Positions 18,944-29,807 are shown, numbered from the stretch's first letter. The stretch is DNA of 64,000 nucleotides from an uncultured delta proteobacterium (GCA_963745035.1 CAVUVW010000021.1:224001-288000), one strand, 5' to 3'. Notes: generated by a model not told the origin, from the letters alone. A program made the numbers and translations.

Positions 18944-20878
18944 TTAGTCCTTCCACAGGTTGTTGGCCGCGTACTTGAGCACCACATCGACGCAGCTCGG
19001 GCAGTAGCCGTGCTCGAGGAGATTTTTCACCATGGCGTCGTACTTTTCCGACTGATCTTCGTCGCGCATTCGCGATTTGGTGATCACGCGGCTCAAGTCG
19101 CGCACCGAAGTGATCAGCTTCTTTTCGATCGCCTCTTTGAGCGGCTCGTAGCTGCGAAAATCGATCTTCTCGCTGCGCCGGTTGGCGGCCCACAGGTAGG
19201 CGATCACCTCCTGACGAAAGCCGTCGGCGGCGGATCCGATGATCGCGATCTGCTCTTCGATCGACTTCATGAAGCCTTCGTCCGGTGCCAGCTCCTCCTT
19301 GGTGTTGCGGTCCTTGACCTTGCTCTTGTTGACGTAGGCCTCGGCATGGTCGAGATAGTTCTGGAACAGCGCTTCAGCCTGCTCCTGATAGGAGTACACG
19401 AAGGCGCGGGTGATTTCCTTTTCGAGGATCTCCAGATACTCCTTGTGCAAGGTGTCCTGCAAAAATTCCAGGTGCTGCTTGCGGGTGTCGTCGGACAAGT
19501 CGGCTTCCTTCACCATGTTGATCAGCGCTTCGCGCACGTTGATCGCGTTGATGCAGTTGCCGGCGGCGTTGTCCGACAGCGCGTTGTCCAGCGCTTTCAT
19601 GATAAAGCGGGTGGAGATTCCGGACATGCCTTCGCGCTTGCTGCTGTCGCGCAGCTCCTGAATGTCGACTTTCTTGGTCCGGCCTTTTTCGACCACTTCT
19701 TCGCCGTTGTAGAGCTTGAGCTTGGTCATGAGATCGCACTTGTTGGTCGGCTCCAGCCGCGACAGAATCGCGAACATGGACGCTACCTCCAACGTGTGCG
19801 GCGCGACGTGGGCGCGGAAATCCGAGTTGCGGATGATCTTTTGGTAGATCTTCACTTCCTCGGACAATCGCAGATTGTAGGGCACCCGCACCACGACGAT
19901 GCGGTCGAGAATGGCTTCATTGGTATGGTCCGCCTTGAACTTCTGCCACTCCGCTTCGTTGGAATGGGCGACGATCACGGTATCGACGTACACCAATCCG
20001 TGCCGCCCTGGCGCGGGCACGACCTTTTCCTGAGTCGCGGTGATCATGCAGTGGAGATATTCGATCTCGTTCTTGAAGACCTCGATGAACTCGACCACGC
20101 CGCGATTGCCGATGTTGAGCGCGCCATTGAGCTCGAGCACGCGCGGGTCGCCTTCGGAGTAAAGGTCCAACTTGGAAATATCCTCGCTGCCGATCAGCAC
20201 CGAGGTGTCCTGGTTGTTGGGATCCACGGGCGGCACTACGCCGATGCCGACGCGCGCGCGCTTGGAAAATTCCACGGTGGCGACCGGAAACTCTTCATAT
20301 TTGCCGGCGTATTCCTGGATGAGCTTGTAGCGGCAGACCGGACAGAGGTCTCCCTCGATGTGCACGCCCAGCATCTTCTCGAATTCCTTGCGCAGGTGGC
20401 GCGGAATCAAGTGCAGCGGCTCCTCGAACATCGGACAGCCTTCGATGGCGTAAAACGGCTCGCTTTCCTCGAGACCGCGATGCAGCTTTTCCACCAGCGA
20501 ACTCTTGCCCGAGCCGACCGGCCCCATCAGGTAGAGCACCTGGCGGCTCTCTTCGCCTTTGAGTGAAGCGGCATGAAAGAAGCGGACGATCTGCGATACG
20601 GTTTTCTCGATGCCGAAGAACTCTTCGGAGAAAAAATCGTAAAGTCTGATGGATTCGTCTTTGTAGAGTCGTTTTACGCGAGGGTCGTGCTTTTCGTGGA
20701 TGTCGCGGACGCCGGGCTTAATGACCACGTCGTACATGCGCGCGTGCGCGAGCTTGGTGACTGCGGGATCGGCCTTTACTTTTTCGAGATAGCCGAGCAG
20801 GTTGCCGCGCCAGGAGCGCGACTGGTGCATGTCGCGGTCCTTCTTGATGAGCTGTTCGAATTCCGTGTTATGGTCCAT
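18944..20878 (-). CDS. prkA: PrkA/YeaG AAA+ serine protein kinase
   Basis: GPVGSGKS Walker A, CPMFEEPL, IEGDLCP, NEAILDRI. Confidence 0.93.
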   Translation of the reverse strand: MDHNTEFEQLIKKDRDMHQSRSWRGNLLGYLEKVKADPAVTKLAHARMYDVVIKPGVRDIHEKHDPRVKRLYKDESIRLYDFFSEEFFGIEKTVSQIVRFFHAASLKGEESRQVLYLMGPVGSGKSSLVEKLHRGLEESEPFYAIEGCPMFEEPLHLIPRHLRKEFEKMLGVHIEGDLCPVCRYKLIQEYAGKYEEFPVATVEFSKRARVGIGVVPPVDPNNQDTSVLIGSEDISKLDLYSEGDPRVLELNGALNIGNRGVVEFIEVFKNEIEYLHCMITATQEKVVPAPGRHGLVYVDTVIVAHSNEAEWQKFKADHTNEAILDRIVVVRVPYNLRLSEEVKIYQKIIRNSDFRAHVAPHTLEVASMFAILSRLEPTNKCDLMTKLKLYNGEEVVEKGRTKKVDIQELRDSSKREGMSGISTRFIMKALDNALSDNAAGNCINAINVREALINMVKEADLSDDTRKQHLEFLQDTLHKEYLEILEKEITRAFVYSYQEQAEALFQNYLDHAEAYVNKSKVKDRNTKEELAPDEGFMKSIEEQIAIIGSAADGFRQEVIAYLWAANRRSEKIDFRSYEPLKEAIEKKLITSVRDLSRVITKSRMRDEDQSEKYDAMVKNLLEHGYCPSCVDVVLKYAANNLWKD

Positions 20879-21369
20879 TCCAGCAGCCTCCCTTGTTCAT
20901 GTTCCTACCGTCGATACTGGGCGTGCTTGCGCGCGCACAAAGACAATGCAAATGTCCGGAGAGCGACGAAGACAACGGATGAAAGTGCAGCGAATCGTGC
21001 AAGGCCGGCGAGAACGCTATTTTGAGAGCGTGCATCACCTTGGATAATGAGACGGACGAAAGCAGAAGGGCGCGAGGAGACGGGACTCGGCGGAAATCCG
21101 GAAGTGTTGTAAGGCTTGCATGCGACCTCCTGTCATTGTGCTGGTCGGGCAGCCAAGCGCCTCGTCGTCGATCGTTTAGGCGTCGATCGGACAAACATCC
21201 TCTTCACTTCACAACCACTGCTACATTGCACCGCAAAACACCCCTGATGTCAAGATAATTCAACCCCGCGAAAAAAGAGCAACCCATCAACCGCGCGCGG
21301 ATTCGCATCCGCGCCGATGTCTGATAGAATTGATTCCGCGCGCGCTTTCACCGACGGACAAAATTTTCG

Positions 21370-21894
21370 ATGCGTCAGGAATCCTTGCAGATCGAACCCG
21401 GTCTGAGATGGTACGCGATCCAGACCAAGGCGAACCGGGAAAAAGAAGTCGAGAAGCGGCTTTGTGATCTCGACTTGGAAGTGTTTCTGCCGTGGATGCG
21501 CGCGCGGCGGCGCATCGGCAGCCGCTTTCATTGGGTGCTGGCGCCGTTGTTTCCGGGATATGTTTTTTGCCGTCTCGACATGGTGCTCTCGGGCAAGGCG
21601 GTGCGCTACTCCCCGGGTGTGAAGGATTTTCTCACGTTCGGCAGCCGCATTGCCGAAGTGGGTGAAAATATTCTGCAGGCTTTGCGCGAGCGCTGCCCCG
21701 GCGGCATTGCGGAAATCGATCCGATGAACGCCAAACCGGGCGATCGCGTGCGCATCAACGAGGGACCGTTTTCGGGTCTGGAAGCGATCTTCGAGCAGAA
21801 GCTTCGCGGCAGCGAAAGGATCGCCGTTCTGCTGGATATTCTCGGCCGCGAGACGCGCATCGTGCTGCCACGCGAGATTATCGGCCGATTGTAA
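21370..21894 (+). CDS. NusG-paralog transcription antiterminator (RfaH/UpxY-like)
   Basis: WYAIQTK, PLFPGYVF NGN domain; GDRVRINEGPFSG KOW. Confidence 0.85.
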   Translation: MRQESLQIEPGLRWYAIQTKANREKEVEKRLCDLDLEVFLPWMRARRRIGSRFHWVLAPLFPGYVFCRLDMVLSGKAVRYSPGVKDFLTFGSRIAEVGENILQALRERCPGGIAEIDPMNAKPGDRVRINEGPFSGLEAIFEQKLRGSERIAVLLDILGRETRIVLPREIIGRL

Positions 21895-22074
21895 GTTGAC
21901 GCGCGCTTAAGCAGCGTTGCTTCTACGGCGCCGCTCGCGCCAGTCAGATATTTTACCGGCTTGTTGACCCCACCTCCCGAATGGCCGCCCGCCCCCCGGT
22001 GGGTCGTTTGACAGGCCTCGATCTCCCTTGATAAAGGGCCTTCCCTGGCGACGTCAATCTTGCGGGGAGTACTT

Positions 22075-24651
22075 ATGAGCGAGCGAACTTGGTGGGGCCG
22101 ACTACTACTCTTGGTTTCGGGGCTTTGCGTTCTCTTTCTCGTGGGTCAGTCCATCGTATCCACCGGCCGCTGGTTGAACGAGCCCTTTCCAGGTTTCTTT
22201 GTCTATGAAAATTTGACCGTCGGTCCGTATCACGCCCCGGGTTGGACCGGTGCCGCCGCGGGATTGCGCTCGCTCGACCGCATCATCAGCATCGACGGCC
22301 GCGAACTGCGGCGGCGCGTCGAGTTTTACGATATCGTGGGCGGTTCGCCGCCCGGCTCGGTGTTTCACTACCGTGTAGCGCGCGACTCCCGCACCCTCGA
22401 CCTTTATATCTCATCCCTGAATTTTTCCCTCCGCGACTGGCTGCTCAGCTTCGGCCTATACATTTTGATCGGCCTCGCGTTTCTGATCATCGGCGTCGCT
22501 CCCTACTTCTATCGAGCGTCCTCGATCGTCGCACTGCCGCTTTGCTTCATGGTCTTGATGGTATTCGTCTGGTTTCAAACCACCTTCGACTTCATGACCG
22601 ATGGCGCACTGCCAAAGGAAATCCGCATCCTCGCGCTCGGCTTGACGCCGAGTGCCGCGATTCATCTGGCGCTGCTGCTGCGCAACGTGACCCTCGGCAC
22701 CACGCTGTCGAACGTCTATCCGGCCATCATCTACGGCGCGGGCGCGCTGCTCGGCGCGCTCAACATCGCGACTTTCTTCGCGCCGCGTTGGCTGTGGAAT
22801 CCCGTCCATCATGCGTCCTATATTTTCGTCTGCTTCGGCGCGCTCGCCTTTCTGCTGATCGTTGCGGACGCGCTGCGCCGCTGTTCTTCGGACCTGGATC
22901 GCTCGCGGCTGCGCGTGATGCTGGTCGGCTCGCTGGTCGGGTTTCTGCTTCCCGCGTTCAGCACGTTGGCGGCCAATTCGCTGGGCTGGTGGGTGCCGTA
23001 CAACGTGGCTTTGGTTCCGACGATCTTCTTTCCGATCTCGGTCGCTTACGCGCTGCTGAAATACAGCCTTTTCGATCTCGGCAACGCCTTGAAAGTCGCG
23101 TTGAGCCGCATCGGATTGCTCGCCGCGCTGGTGGCGATCTATGCGGTGGTGGCGATGCTGGTGGCGCCGTGGGCGGGCCAGTACGCCAAGGATCCGCTCG
23201 TGCCGATTTTCTTTTCGATCCTGGTCGTCGCGGTGTTCAATCCGCTGCTGCGCTGGCTCGAGCGCGTGGTGGACCGCTACGTCTATCGTCAGGAGTACGA
23301 TCCGGCGCTGGCCCAGGCGGAAATCAGCTTGTTTCTGCGCACCCTCGACGACGCGCCGGCGCTCGCCCATGGTTTTGTTGAGCGTATCGCCGGCCGCTTG
23401 GGACTGCTGCACGCGTGCGTGTTGTACCGCCCGAAGTACTCCGGTGAATTCTTGACGGCGGCAAGCCCTGCGGCGCCGGACATCGCGGCGGCGCTCGCCG
23501 CCGAGTTCCGGACGATCACCGCATTGTTCGACGACGGCGCGTATCGCGGCATCAGCCGCGACGAGGTGACCACCGACCCGCGCTACCGCGCTAAAAGCGC
23601 AATCTTGCTCGGCGTTTTCGAACGGTGCGGCGCGGAGATCTTCTTGCCGCTGGTGTACGAGCGCGAGGTGCGCGGCGTGGTTGCGGTCGGAGCCAAACGC
23701 TCGCGCGGCGAATACAGCGCCGAGGATTTGCGGCTATTGATAACGCTGACCGAGCAGTTGGCGCTGTCTTTGGAGAACGGCCGGCTTTATCAGGAGTCGG
23801 TGGCGGCGTGCCAAAAGGCTGAGGATAGCAATAAACGATTGCTGGAAATGGATCGCATGAAAAAAGACTTCGTGGCGAACATCTGTCACGAGCTGCGCAC
23901 GCCGGTCAGCACCATCATCGGCTTCAGCGAAGTCCTGCGGGATCCCAACTTCAAAGGCAACGCGACGGAGCTGCTGAACCGCCTGGTCAACAACGGTCAG
24001 GAACTGTCGAGCCTGATGGACAATCTGATGAATTTTACGCGCATGGAGGCTGACGCAGCCACGGCGCAGTTCGAGATCGTCAAGCTCAAAGAGATTCTCG
24101 CGGCTTTGGAGATGATGACCCAGCGGTTGATTCGCGCGCGGCCGATCGAATTCGGCATTCTTTTGGATTCGGCAGTCGACACCATCGAAAGCGACGGCCA
24201 AAAGCTGCAGCAGATTCTGGTGCAGCTTTTGACCAACGCCCTCAAGTTTACCGAGAAGGGACGCATCGAGCTGTCGATCCGCCCGCGCCGTGAGGCGGAT
24301 CAGGGTTTCTTGGAGATCGCGGTCGCCGACACCGGCATCGGCATCAAGCGCGAAGATCAGGACATCATCTTCGACGACTTCCGCCAGCTCGAGGGTTCGT
24401 CTACCCGCCACTACGGCGGGACCGGCGTGGGGTTGGGGCTGTCCAAAAAACTCGCGGCGGCGCTGGGCGGCGAGTTGCGGGTGGCGAGCGAACTCGGCGT
24501 CGGCAGCGTTTTCAGTCTGCTCTTGCCGCTGCGCGTTTTGGGGCTGTCGCAGGCGTCCTTTTCCGGCGCAAACGGCGGATCCGCTGCCGGTGTAAAATTC
24601 CCGCAGAGCCTGTGTTACAGTGACGCATCGCCGCGAGGAAAGGATTCCTAA
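22075..24651 (+). CDS. Membrane sensor histidine kinase (PDZ-like, multi-TM, GAF, HisKA, HATPase)
   Basis: CHELRTP H-box, LTNALKFT N-box, DTGIG and GTGVGL G-boxes. Confidence 0.9.
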   Translation: MSERTWWGRLLLLVSGLCVLFLVGQSIVSTGRWLNEPFPGFFVYENLTVGPYHAPGWTGAAAGLRSLDRIISIDGRELRRRVEFYDIVGGSPPGSVFHYRVARDSRTLDLYISSLNFSLRDWLLSFGLYILIGLAFLIIGVAPYFYRASSIVALPLCFMVLMVFVWFQTTFDFMTDGALPKEIRILALGLTPSAAIHLALLLRNVTLGTTLSNVYPAIIYGAGALLGALNIATFFAPRWLWNPVHHASYIFVCFGALAFLLIVADALRRCSSDLDRSRLRVMLVGSLVGFLLPAFSTLAANSLGWWVPYNVALVPTIFFPISVAYALLKYSLFDLGNALKVALSRIGLLAALVAIYAVVAMLVAPWAGQYAKDPLVPIFFSILVVAVFNPLLRWLERVVDRYVYRQEYDPALAQAEISLFLRTLDDAPALAHGFVERIAGRLGLLHACVLYRPKYSGEFLTAASPAAPDIAAALAAEFRTITALFDDGAYRGISRDEVTTDPRYRAKSAILLGVFERCGAEIFLPLVYEREVRGVVAVGAKRSRGEYSAEDLRLLITLTEQLALSLENGRLYQESVAACQKAEDSNKRLLEMDRMKKDFVANICHELRTPVSTIIGFSEVLRDPNFKGNATELLNRLVNNGQELSSLMDNLMNFTRMEADAATAQFEIVKLKEILAALEMMTQRLIRARPIEFGILLDSAVDTIESDGQKLQQILVQLLTNALKFTEKGRIELSIRPRREADQGFLEIAVADTGIGIKREDQDIIFDDFRQLEGSSTRHYGGTGVGLGLSKKLAAALGGELRVASELGVGSVFSLLLPLRVLGLSQASFSGANGGSAAGVKFPQSLCYSDASPRGKDS

Positions 24652-24653
24652 CC

Positions 24654-25367
24654 ATGCCGCAACTTCGCCAGTTGGTGATCGCCGCCGAGGATCCGAGGAG
24701 GCTCTCGGCTTTTTACCGGGAAGTTTTCGACCTCGATCAGATCGATGAAGCAGGGGACGCGGTGTTTCTTTCCGACGGAGTTTTCAATTTGGCGCTGGTG
24801 TGCGAGCCGGAGGCGCGCAAACAGGGACTGCGCAATCTCAGCTTCGATACGGTCAGAGTCGAGTCGTTGGGAAAGAAGCTGGCGCACGTCGATGGGGCGC
24901 AGTCCGCACTCGCTCCCGTGCAGTCAGTCACGGGCGTGGAGTTCGAGGTAAGCGACCCGGACGGCAATCCCGTCGGCATCTGCCGCCGCGCCTTCGATGT
25001 GGCGTACGAGCAGCTTCCGGCGCCGCTCCGCCACATCGCGCTCTACACACCCAATCCGCAACGCATGGCGGATTTCTACTGCAAAGTTTTCGATATGAAA
25101 GAGGTGGAGAAAACCGATCGCTCTTCGATCTTCGTCTCCGACGGCTATTTCAATCTCGCGCTGCTGTATCAACGCAAGGAAGAGCCCATCGGCCTCAATC
25201 ATTTTGGTTTCCACGTGAAGAGCACGGAAGAGATGCAGGAGCGGGCGGAGAAGGCGGGCGTGCGGCGCGGCGCGGCGCGTCCGGAACGAATTCCCTTCGC
25301 CGAGTATCGAGTTCACGATCCCGAGGGAAACGGCATCGACATTTCGCAGAAGGGCTGGCGAGTGTAA
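24654..25367 (+). CDS. Two-domain VOC family protein
   Basis: Duplicated SDG.FNLAL and DP(D/E)GN motifs; LRHIAL, GLNHFGF. Confidence 0.85.
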   Translation: MPQLRQLVIAAEDPRRLSAFYREVFDLDQIDEAGDAVFLSDGVFNLALVCEPEARKQGLRNLSFDTVRVESLGKKLAHVDGAQSALAPVQSVTGVEFEVSDPDGNPVGICRRAFDVAYEQLPAPLRHIALYTPNPQRMADFYCKVFDMKEVEKTDRSSIFVSDGYFNLALLYQRKEEPIGLNHFGFHVKSTEEMQERAEKAGVRRGAARPERIPFAEYRVHDPEGNGIDISQKGWRV

Positions 25368-25373
25368 TGCTCG

Positions 25374-25449
25374 GGTCGAGGATGGAGGATCGAGGATTGC
25401 GAGTCGGACGTATTTGCGATCCTCCATCCTCTATTCTCCATCTTCGACC
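25374..25449. repeat. Heptamer-built palindromic intergenic repeat (GAGGATG/C ... CATCCTC), copy 1
   Basis: ggtcgaggatggaggatcgaggat...atcctccatcctctattctccatcttcgacc. Confidence 0.65.
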
Positions 25450-25464
25450 TTGATTTTATGAGAG

Positions 25465-26118
25465 ATGGCTATGAGCGACGATGAGTTCTTGCAAGAGCTG
25501 CTGACGCCGGTGCATGAATTCTGCCGCGCGCTCGACGCGCAGCCACCGGCTTACAGCTACATTCCGCTGCGTTCGGACGAAGAGCGCATTCGCGTCATGC
25601 AGAGCCGGCTGTTCAATGAAATGCGCGCGGCGGATCTGTTCGGCGCCTGGCTCAAGACCACGCCGGAGCTCGACGTCAAGGCGACCATGGCGGAATCGGC
25701 GCACGAAGAGATGGTGCATGCCGAGCTGCTGGCCAAACGCATTCGCGATCTCGGCGCCGAGCCGTTCGCCTACAAACCGCTGCCCGCGCAGACGGCGATG
25801 TTCAACGCGATGGAAGGTTTGAATGAGACCTGCGAGCGCATCGCGGCGCTGTCGCTTGCCGGCGAAACGGTCGCCAACTATCTCATTCAAATGTGTCTCA
25901 ACTCGCCGGCTGTGCCGGAATGGATCAAGCAGCCCTACCGCCGCATCACCCAGGACGAGGAAGGTCATGGCAACGCGCCGCGGGAGTTCCTCAAGCGCTA
26001 CGCGACTACCGAGGAGCGCCGGGACCGCGCGCGCCGCGCGGTCGCCATGCGCATGGTGCTGTTCCGCGAATATCTCGCGAGCCTGGATCGCTGGTCGATG
26101 GGCAAAGATCGCTGGTAA
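25465..26118 (+). CDS. Ferritin-like diiron-carboxylate protein
   Basis: E...EEMVH...E...DEEGH pattern. Confidence 0.8.
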   Translation: MAMSDDEFLQELLTPVHEFCRALDAQPPAYSYIPLRSDEERIRVMQSRLFNEMRAADLFGAWLKTTPELDVKATMAESAHEEMVHAELLAKRIRDLGAEPFAYKPLPAQTAMFNAMEGLNETCERIAALSLAGETVANYLIQMCLNSPAVPEWIKQPYRRITQDEEGHGNAPREFLKRYATTEERRDRARRAVAMRMVLFREYLASLDRWSMGKDRW

Positions 26119-26248
26119 AGATCGCGAGCCACGAGTCCCGCATTCAGCCATTCGCAAGCTCACCGTTTTGGCGAGGCCCTTCCTTTCCGTCCTTGAAGTC
26201 CGGCGCCGCAAATCCGCTATATGCGAATGAATTCCGCAGGAGGTGCGC

Positions 26249-27185
26249 ATGAAAATTCTGTTCTTCGATGATTTCAAGCTCGGCGTGCTGAAGGGCGATA
26301 GCGTGGTCGATGTTTCCGCGGCCGTGCGGGAGATTCCGCACACCGGGCCGCACGATCTGATCAGCGGGCTGATCGAGCGTTTCGCCGATTATCGCGCGGC
26401 GCTGGAGCGCGCTGCCGCGGGCGGCCAAGGCGTGCCGCTCGCCGGCGTGCGTATCCGCCCGCCGCTGCCCAGACCGGTGAACATCGACTGCATGGCCGTG
26501 AATTATATGGAAGACGGCACGCGCAAGGAGCCGGCGCCGATCAACGCGTTTCACAAATCCCCGGGATCGGTGATCGGCGATCATGACACGATGGTGCTGC
26601 CGGACGTGCCGGCGGCCATTTTCGAAGGGGAAGCGGAGATCGCGGTGGTCATCGGCAAGCGCGCCGCCACCGTGCCGGCCAGCCAGGCCATGGCGCATAT
26701 TTTCGGCTACATGAATTTCATCGACGGCTCGGCGCGCGGGCTGCCGCCGGCGGGAAACACGTTCTATCAGATGAAATCGCGCGCCACCTTCGCGCCACTG
26801 GGCCCATATATCGTGACCGCGGACGAAATCGCCGACCCGCACAATCTGCAGGTGCGTCTCTGGGTGAACGGCGCACTGATGCAGAATTACCACACGAGCG
26901 ACATGGCGCATAAAATCCCGCGCTGCATCGAATGGGTGAGCTCGATTCATGCGCTGGAGCCCGGCGACGTGCTCGCCTGCGGCACCAATCATCGGGGCCT
27001 GAACCCGTTTCAAGACGGCGATCTGGTCGAGCTCGAAACCGAGCCGTTGGGGCGGCTGCACGTGAAGATTCGCGACGATCTCAAGCGCACTTGGGCGCGG
27101 GAGACGCGGCTGCAAACGACAGGAAAAGGGTCTCGAAGGCTTCACACCGCAGCTTACCGGCAAATACGCCAAGCCGGGCGCATGA
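26249..27185 (+). CDS. Fumarylacetoacetate hydrolase family protein (probable +1 frameshift near 27115)
   Basis: FEGEAE, FAPLGP, LEPGDV..GT motifs; corrected tail QEKGLEGFTPQLTGKYAKPGA*. Confidence 0.87.
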
Positions 27186-27246
27186 GCTGCGCCGTTACTT
27201 TTGACTCATTGGAACGATGAGCGTTGCGCGGAACCGGAGGTTGACG

Positions 27247-28514
27247 ATGCTGTTTCGATTTTCGATAGGACGATGGAACGCCTTGTTTGTTCTCCCGGCC
27301 TTGCTGTTTGCGCCGATCATTACCAACGCCCAGGTGACCGTGCTCAGCCGCGCCACCTTGATCGACGGCGCGGGCGGCGCGCCGCAAAAAGAAGTCTCGA
27401 TCGTCATCGAAGGCGGACGCATCCGCGATCTCGGCCCTCGTCCAAGATCGCCGCGCCGCCGGGCGCGAGCGTAGTGAATGTTGCCGGGAAATTCGTCGTC
27501 CCCGGCATCATCAACGCCCATGGTCACGTGGGCGCTAAAACCGCCCCGCAGCTACGCCAGTATGCGCTTTATGGAGTGACCACGACGACGAGCATGCAGA
27601 CCGATCCGGACGAGGTGATTCAAGTGCGCGACGCGCAGAAGCGCGGCGAGCTCCGCGGCGCGCGCGTGTCGACCATCAAATATCGCTTCGCTCCCGATCC
27701 GGAGGTGACGACGCCCGAGCAGGCGCGCGCCAAAGTCGATGAGACCGTCGCCGCGGGCGCCGATTACATCAAATTGTGGGTGGACGGCGGCTTTGGCACC
27801 CGGGCCAAGCTCAGCCCGGAGTTTTGCGCCGCAGTTCTCGAACAGGCGCGCAAGCACGGCAAGCTTACCTTCGGCCATGCCTACGAGCTTGCCGACGCCA
27901 AGATGCTCGTGGAGCAGGGGTTGAACGTCTTGGCTCATAACATTCGCGACCGGGAAGTCGACGCCGAATTCATCGCGCTCGCAAAGCAAAAAAACGTCAC
28001 GTTGATCCCGACCCTGGTGCGCGACGAAGGATTGTTTATCTACGGCGAGACGCCGGCTTGGATCGACGATCCGTTTTTTCTCAAGTTCGTGCCGCCGGAG
28101 CGTCTCGCCGTCTTGAAGACCAAGATCCGCGACGAGCAGGCGAAGCACCCGCAGCGCGCGTTGTTCAAGGCCGGTTTCGAGATGAACAAGGTAAACCTAA
28201 AAAAATTATCCGATGCCGGCGTGCGCATCGCTTTCGGCACCGACAGCGGCGGCGCCGCCGACCGCTTTTTTATTCAGGGACACTCCGAGCACCGCGAGAT
28301 GGAGCTCATGATCCAGGCCGGCTTGACGCCGATGCAGGTCATTCAATCGTTTTCCAAAGGCGCCTCGGAGGCGCTGGGGATCAACAAGGAATTCGGCACC
28401 CTCGCCAAGGGCAAGGCCGCCGATCTGCTCGTGCTGGAGAAAAATCCGTTGGAGAACGTCGCCCACATGCGGTCGATTCAGACGATCTATCTCGGCGGAA
28501 AAAAGTTTGAATAG
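27247..28514 (+). CDS. Secreted metal-dependent amidohydrolase (frameshift near 27440)
   Basis: Signal peptide in one frame; PGIINAHGH, FGTDSG, GKAADL in the other. Confidence 0.85.
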
Positions 28515-28520
28515 CGATAC

Positions 28521-28575
28521 GTGAGTGGAGTGAATCCCCTCGACTGCGCTCAGGAATAAACTCCGTGAAGGTCTG
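28521..28575. repeat. REP-like hairpin element
   Basis: ggagtgaatcccctcgactgcgctcaggaataaactcc: imperfect stem around a CTCGACTGCGCTCAGG core. Confidence 0.45.
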
Positions 28576-28655
28576 CTTTCAAATTGAGTCATTACCCGAT
28601 GTCGTATCTCGAAGATGTTGCTCGACGATATACCGGCTCAGCTTCCGAAATACCC

Positions 28656-29786
28656 ATGTCTAATTTCTCAGGCCGCTGGTTTACTACGTTCGGCCCCATG
28701 GAGCTGATCGAGGAAGGCGCGCGCGTGCGCGGCTCTTATTCGATGCAGCAGAATAGCTGCTCGATCGAAGGAGCGATCCGCGACGGTAAATTTCATTTTA
28801 CCTACCGAGAGCCGAGAGCCGAAGGAGAGGGTTGGTTCGAGCTCGTGCGCCATGGACGATTCGCCGGGCAGTGGCGGCAAAAAGATTCGTCCACTTGGTC
28901 CTCGTGGCGCGGCGAGCGTGAATTCGAAGGAATTTGGGAGACCTCGTTCGGATTGCTGCGATTGGTGCAGGAGTCCGAGCGCGTCCTGGGATTTTACGAG
29001 GGCGCCGGGCCGTGCGCTCTCGAAGGGCGGCTGGAGCACAATCGACTTCAGTTTCGTTATCGTGAAGCGCGGGCGCAAGGAGAAGGCCGTTTCGAGCTCG
29101 CCCCCGACGCGACCCGCTTCGAAGGCGAGTGGCGCGCCGACGGCGCGGCACAATGGGCGCCGTGGCACGGCCGGCGTCTGGTCGGGCTGCCGGGCGCTGT
29201 TTGGCTCGTGGTGATCGAGGCCCATTGGCAGCGTTCCTATCTTGCCAAGGAATATGCTTTTGGCCACATGCTGCGCGAGTTTTTCAGCCGCTTGCCGCAT
29301 GTGAGCGTGCGGCAGCGATTTTTCGAGGACGAAACCGGACTGGAGCGCTGGTGCCGGGAGCTGATGTACATCCCTGAGCCAGTGGCGGTGGTGTTCGCGA
29401 GCCATGGCACGGCGGACGGTCTGACGGTTCACGGCAAGCCGTTTCCCACCGGCGCATTGGTGGAGAGCCTGCGCTACGCCGACAATGTTATCCTGCTGCA
29501 TTTTTCCTGCTGTCTGATGATGCAAGACGGCAAAGCCGGCGAGCTCGGGCGTGCGCTGCAAGAGACCGCGCGCTTTCCGATTTCCGGCTATGATCGAAGC
29601 GTCGATTGGGCGGCCAGCGCGCTGATCGAGTTTCACTATCTGGATATGATCTTGGGCCGCGGCCTTTTACCAGCGGACGCCGCCGACAACGTGCTCCGTC
29701 TCATCAGCTACGCCGGCGACAAAGACGTGCCGGGGTCGCCGTATCCCGCCGCCGGATTCCGCATCCTCTTGCCGAAGGCAAAATAA
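28656..29786 (+). CDS. Hypothetical protein: two beta-rich repeats plus C-terminal caspase-like (His-Cys) domain
   Basis: Repeats FSGRWFTTFG.MEL / FEGIWETSFG.LRL; VVFASHG...LLHFSCC...ISGY. Confidence 0.65.
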   Translation: MSNFSGRWFTTFGPMELIEEGARVRGSYSMQQNSCSIEGAIRDGKFHFTYREPRAEGEGWFELVRHGRFAGQWRQKDSSTWSSWRGEREFEGIWETSFGLLRLVQESERVLGFYEGAGPCALEGRLEHNRLQFRYREARAQGEGRFELAPDATRFEGEWRADGAAQWAPWHGRRLVGLPGAVWLVVIEAHWQRSYLAKEYAFGHMLREFFSRLPHVSVRQRFFEDETGLERWCRELMYIPEPVAVVFASHGTADGLTVHGKPFPTGALVESLRYADNVILLHFSCCLMMQDGKAGELGRALQETARFPISGYDRSVDWAASALIEFHYLDMILGRGLLPADAADNVLRLISYAGDKDVPGSPYPAAGFRILLPKAK

Positions 29787-29807
29787 AGCTCGTCTCGGAG
29801 CGATGCT

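Noticed and set aside
17978-20566. 862-aa plus-strand ORF, and other long antisense ORFs such as 33565..35325 and 59907..61616
   Set aside because: Shadow ORFs opposite well-supported genes, expected in high-GC DNA; no recognisable motifs
16278-20878. prkA-yeaH-spoVR as a novel system
   Set aside because: This is a well-known, widely conserved triad
20879-21255. Long prkA leader as an ncRNA or riboswitch
   Set aside because: No recognisable motif or convincing structure by eye
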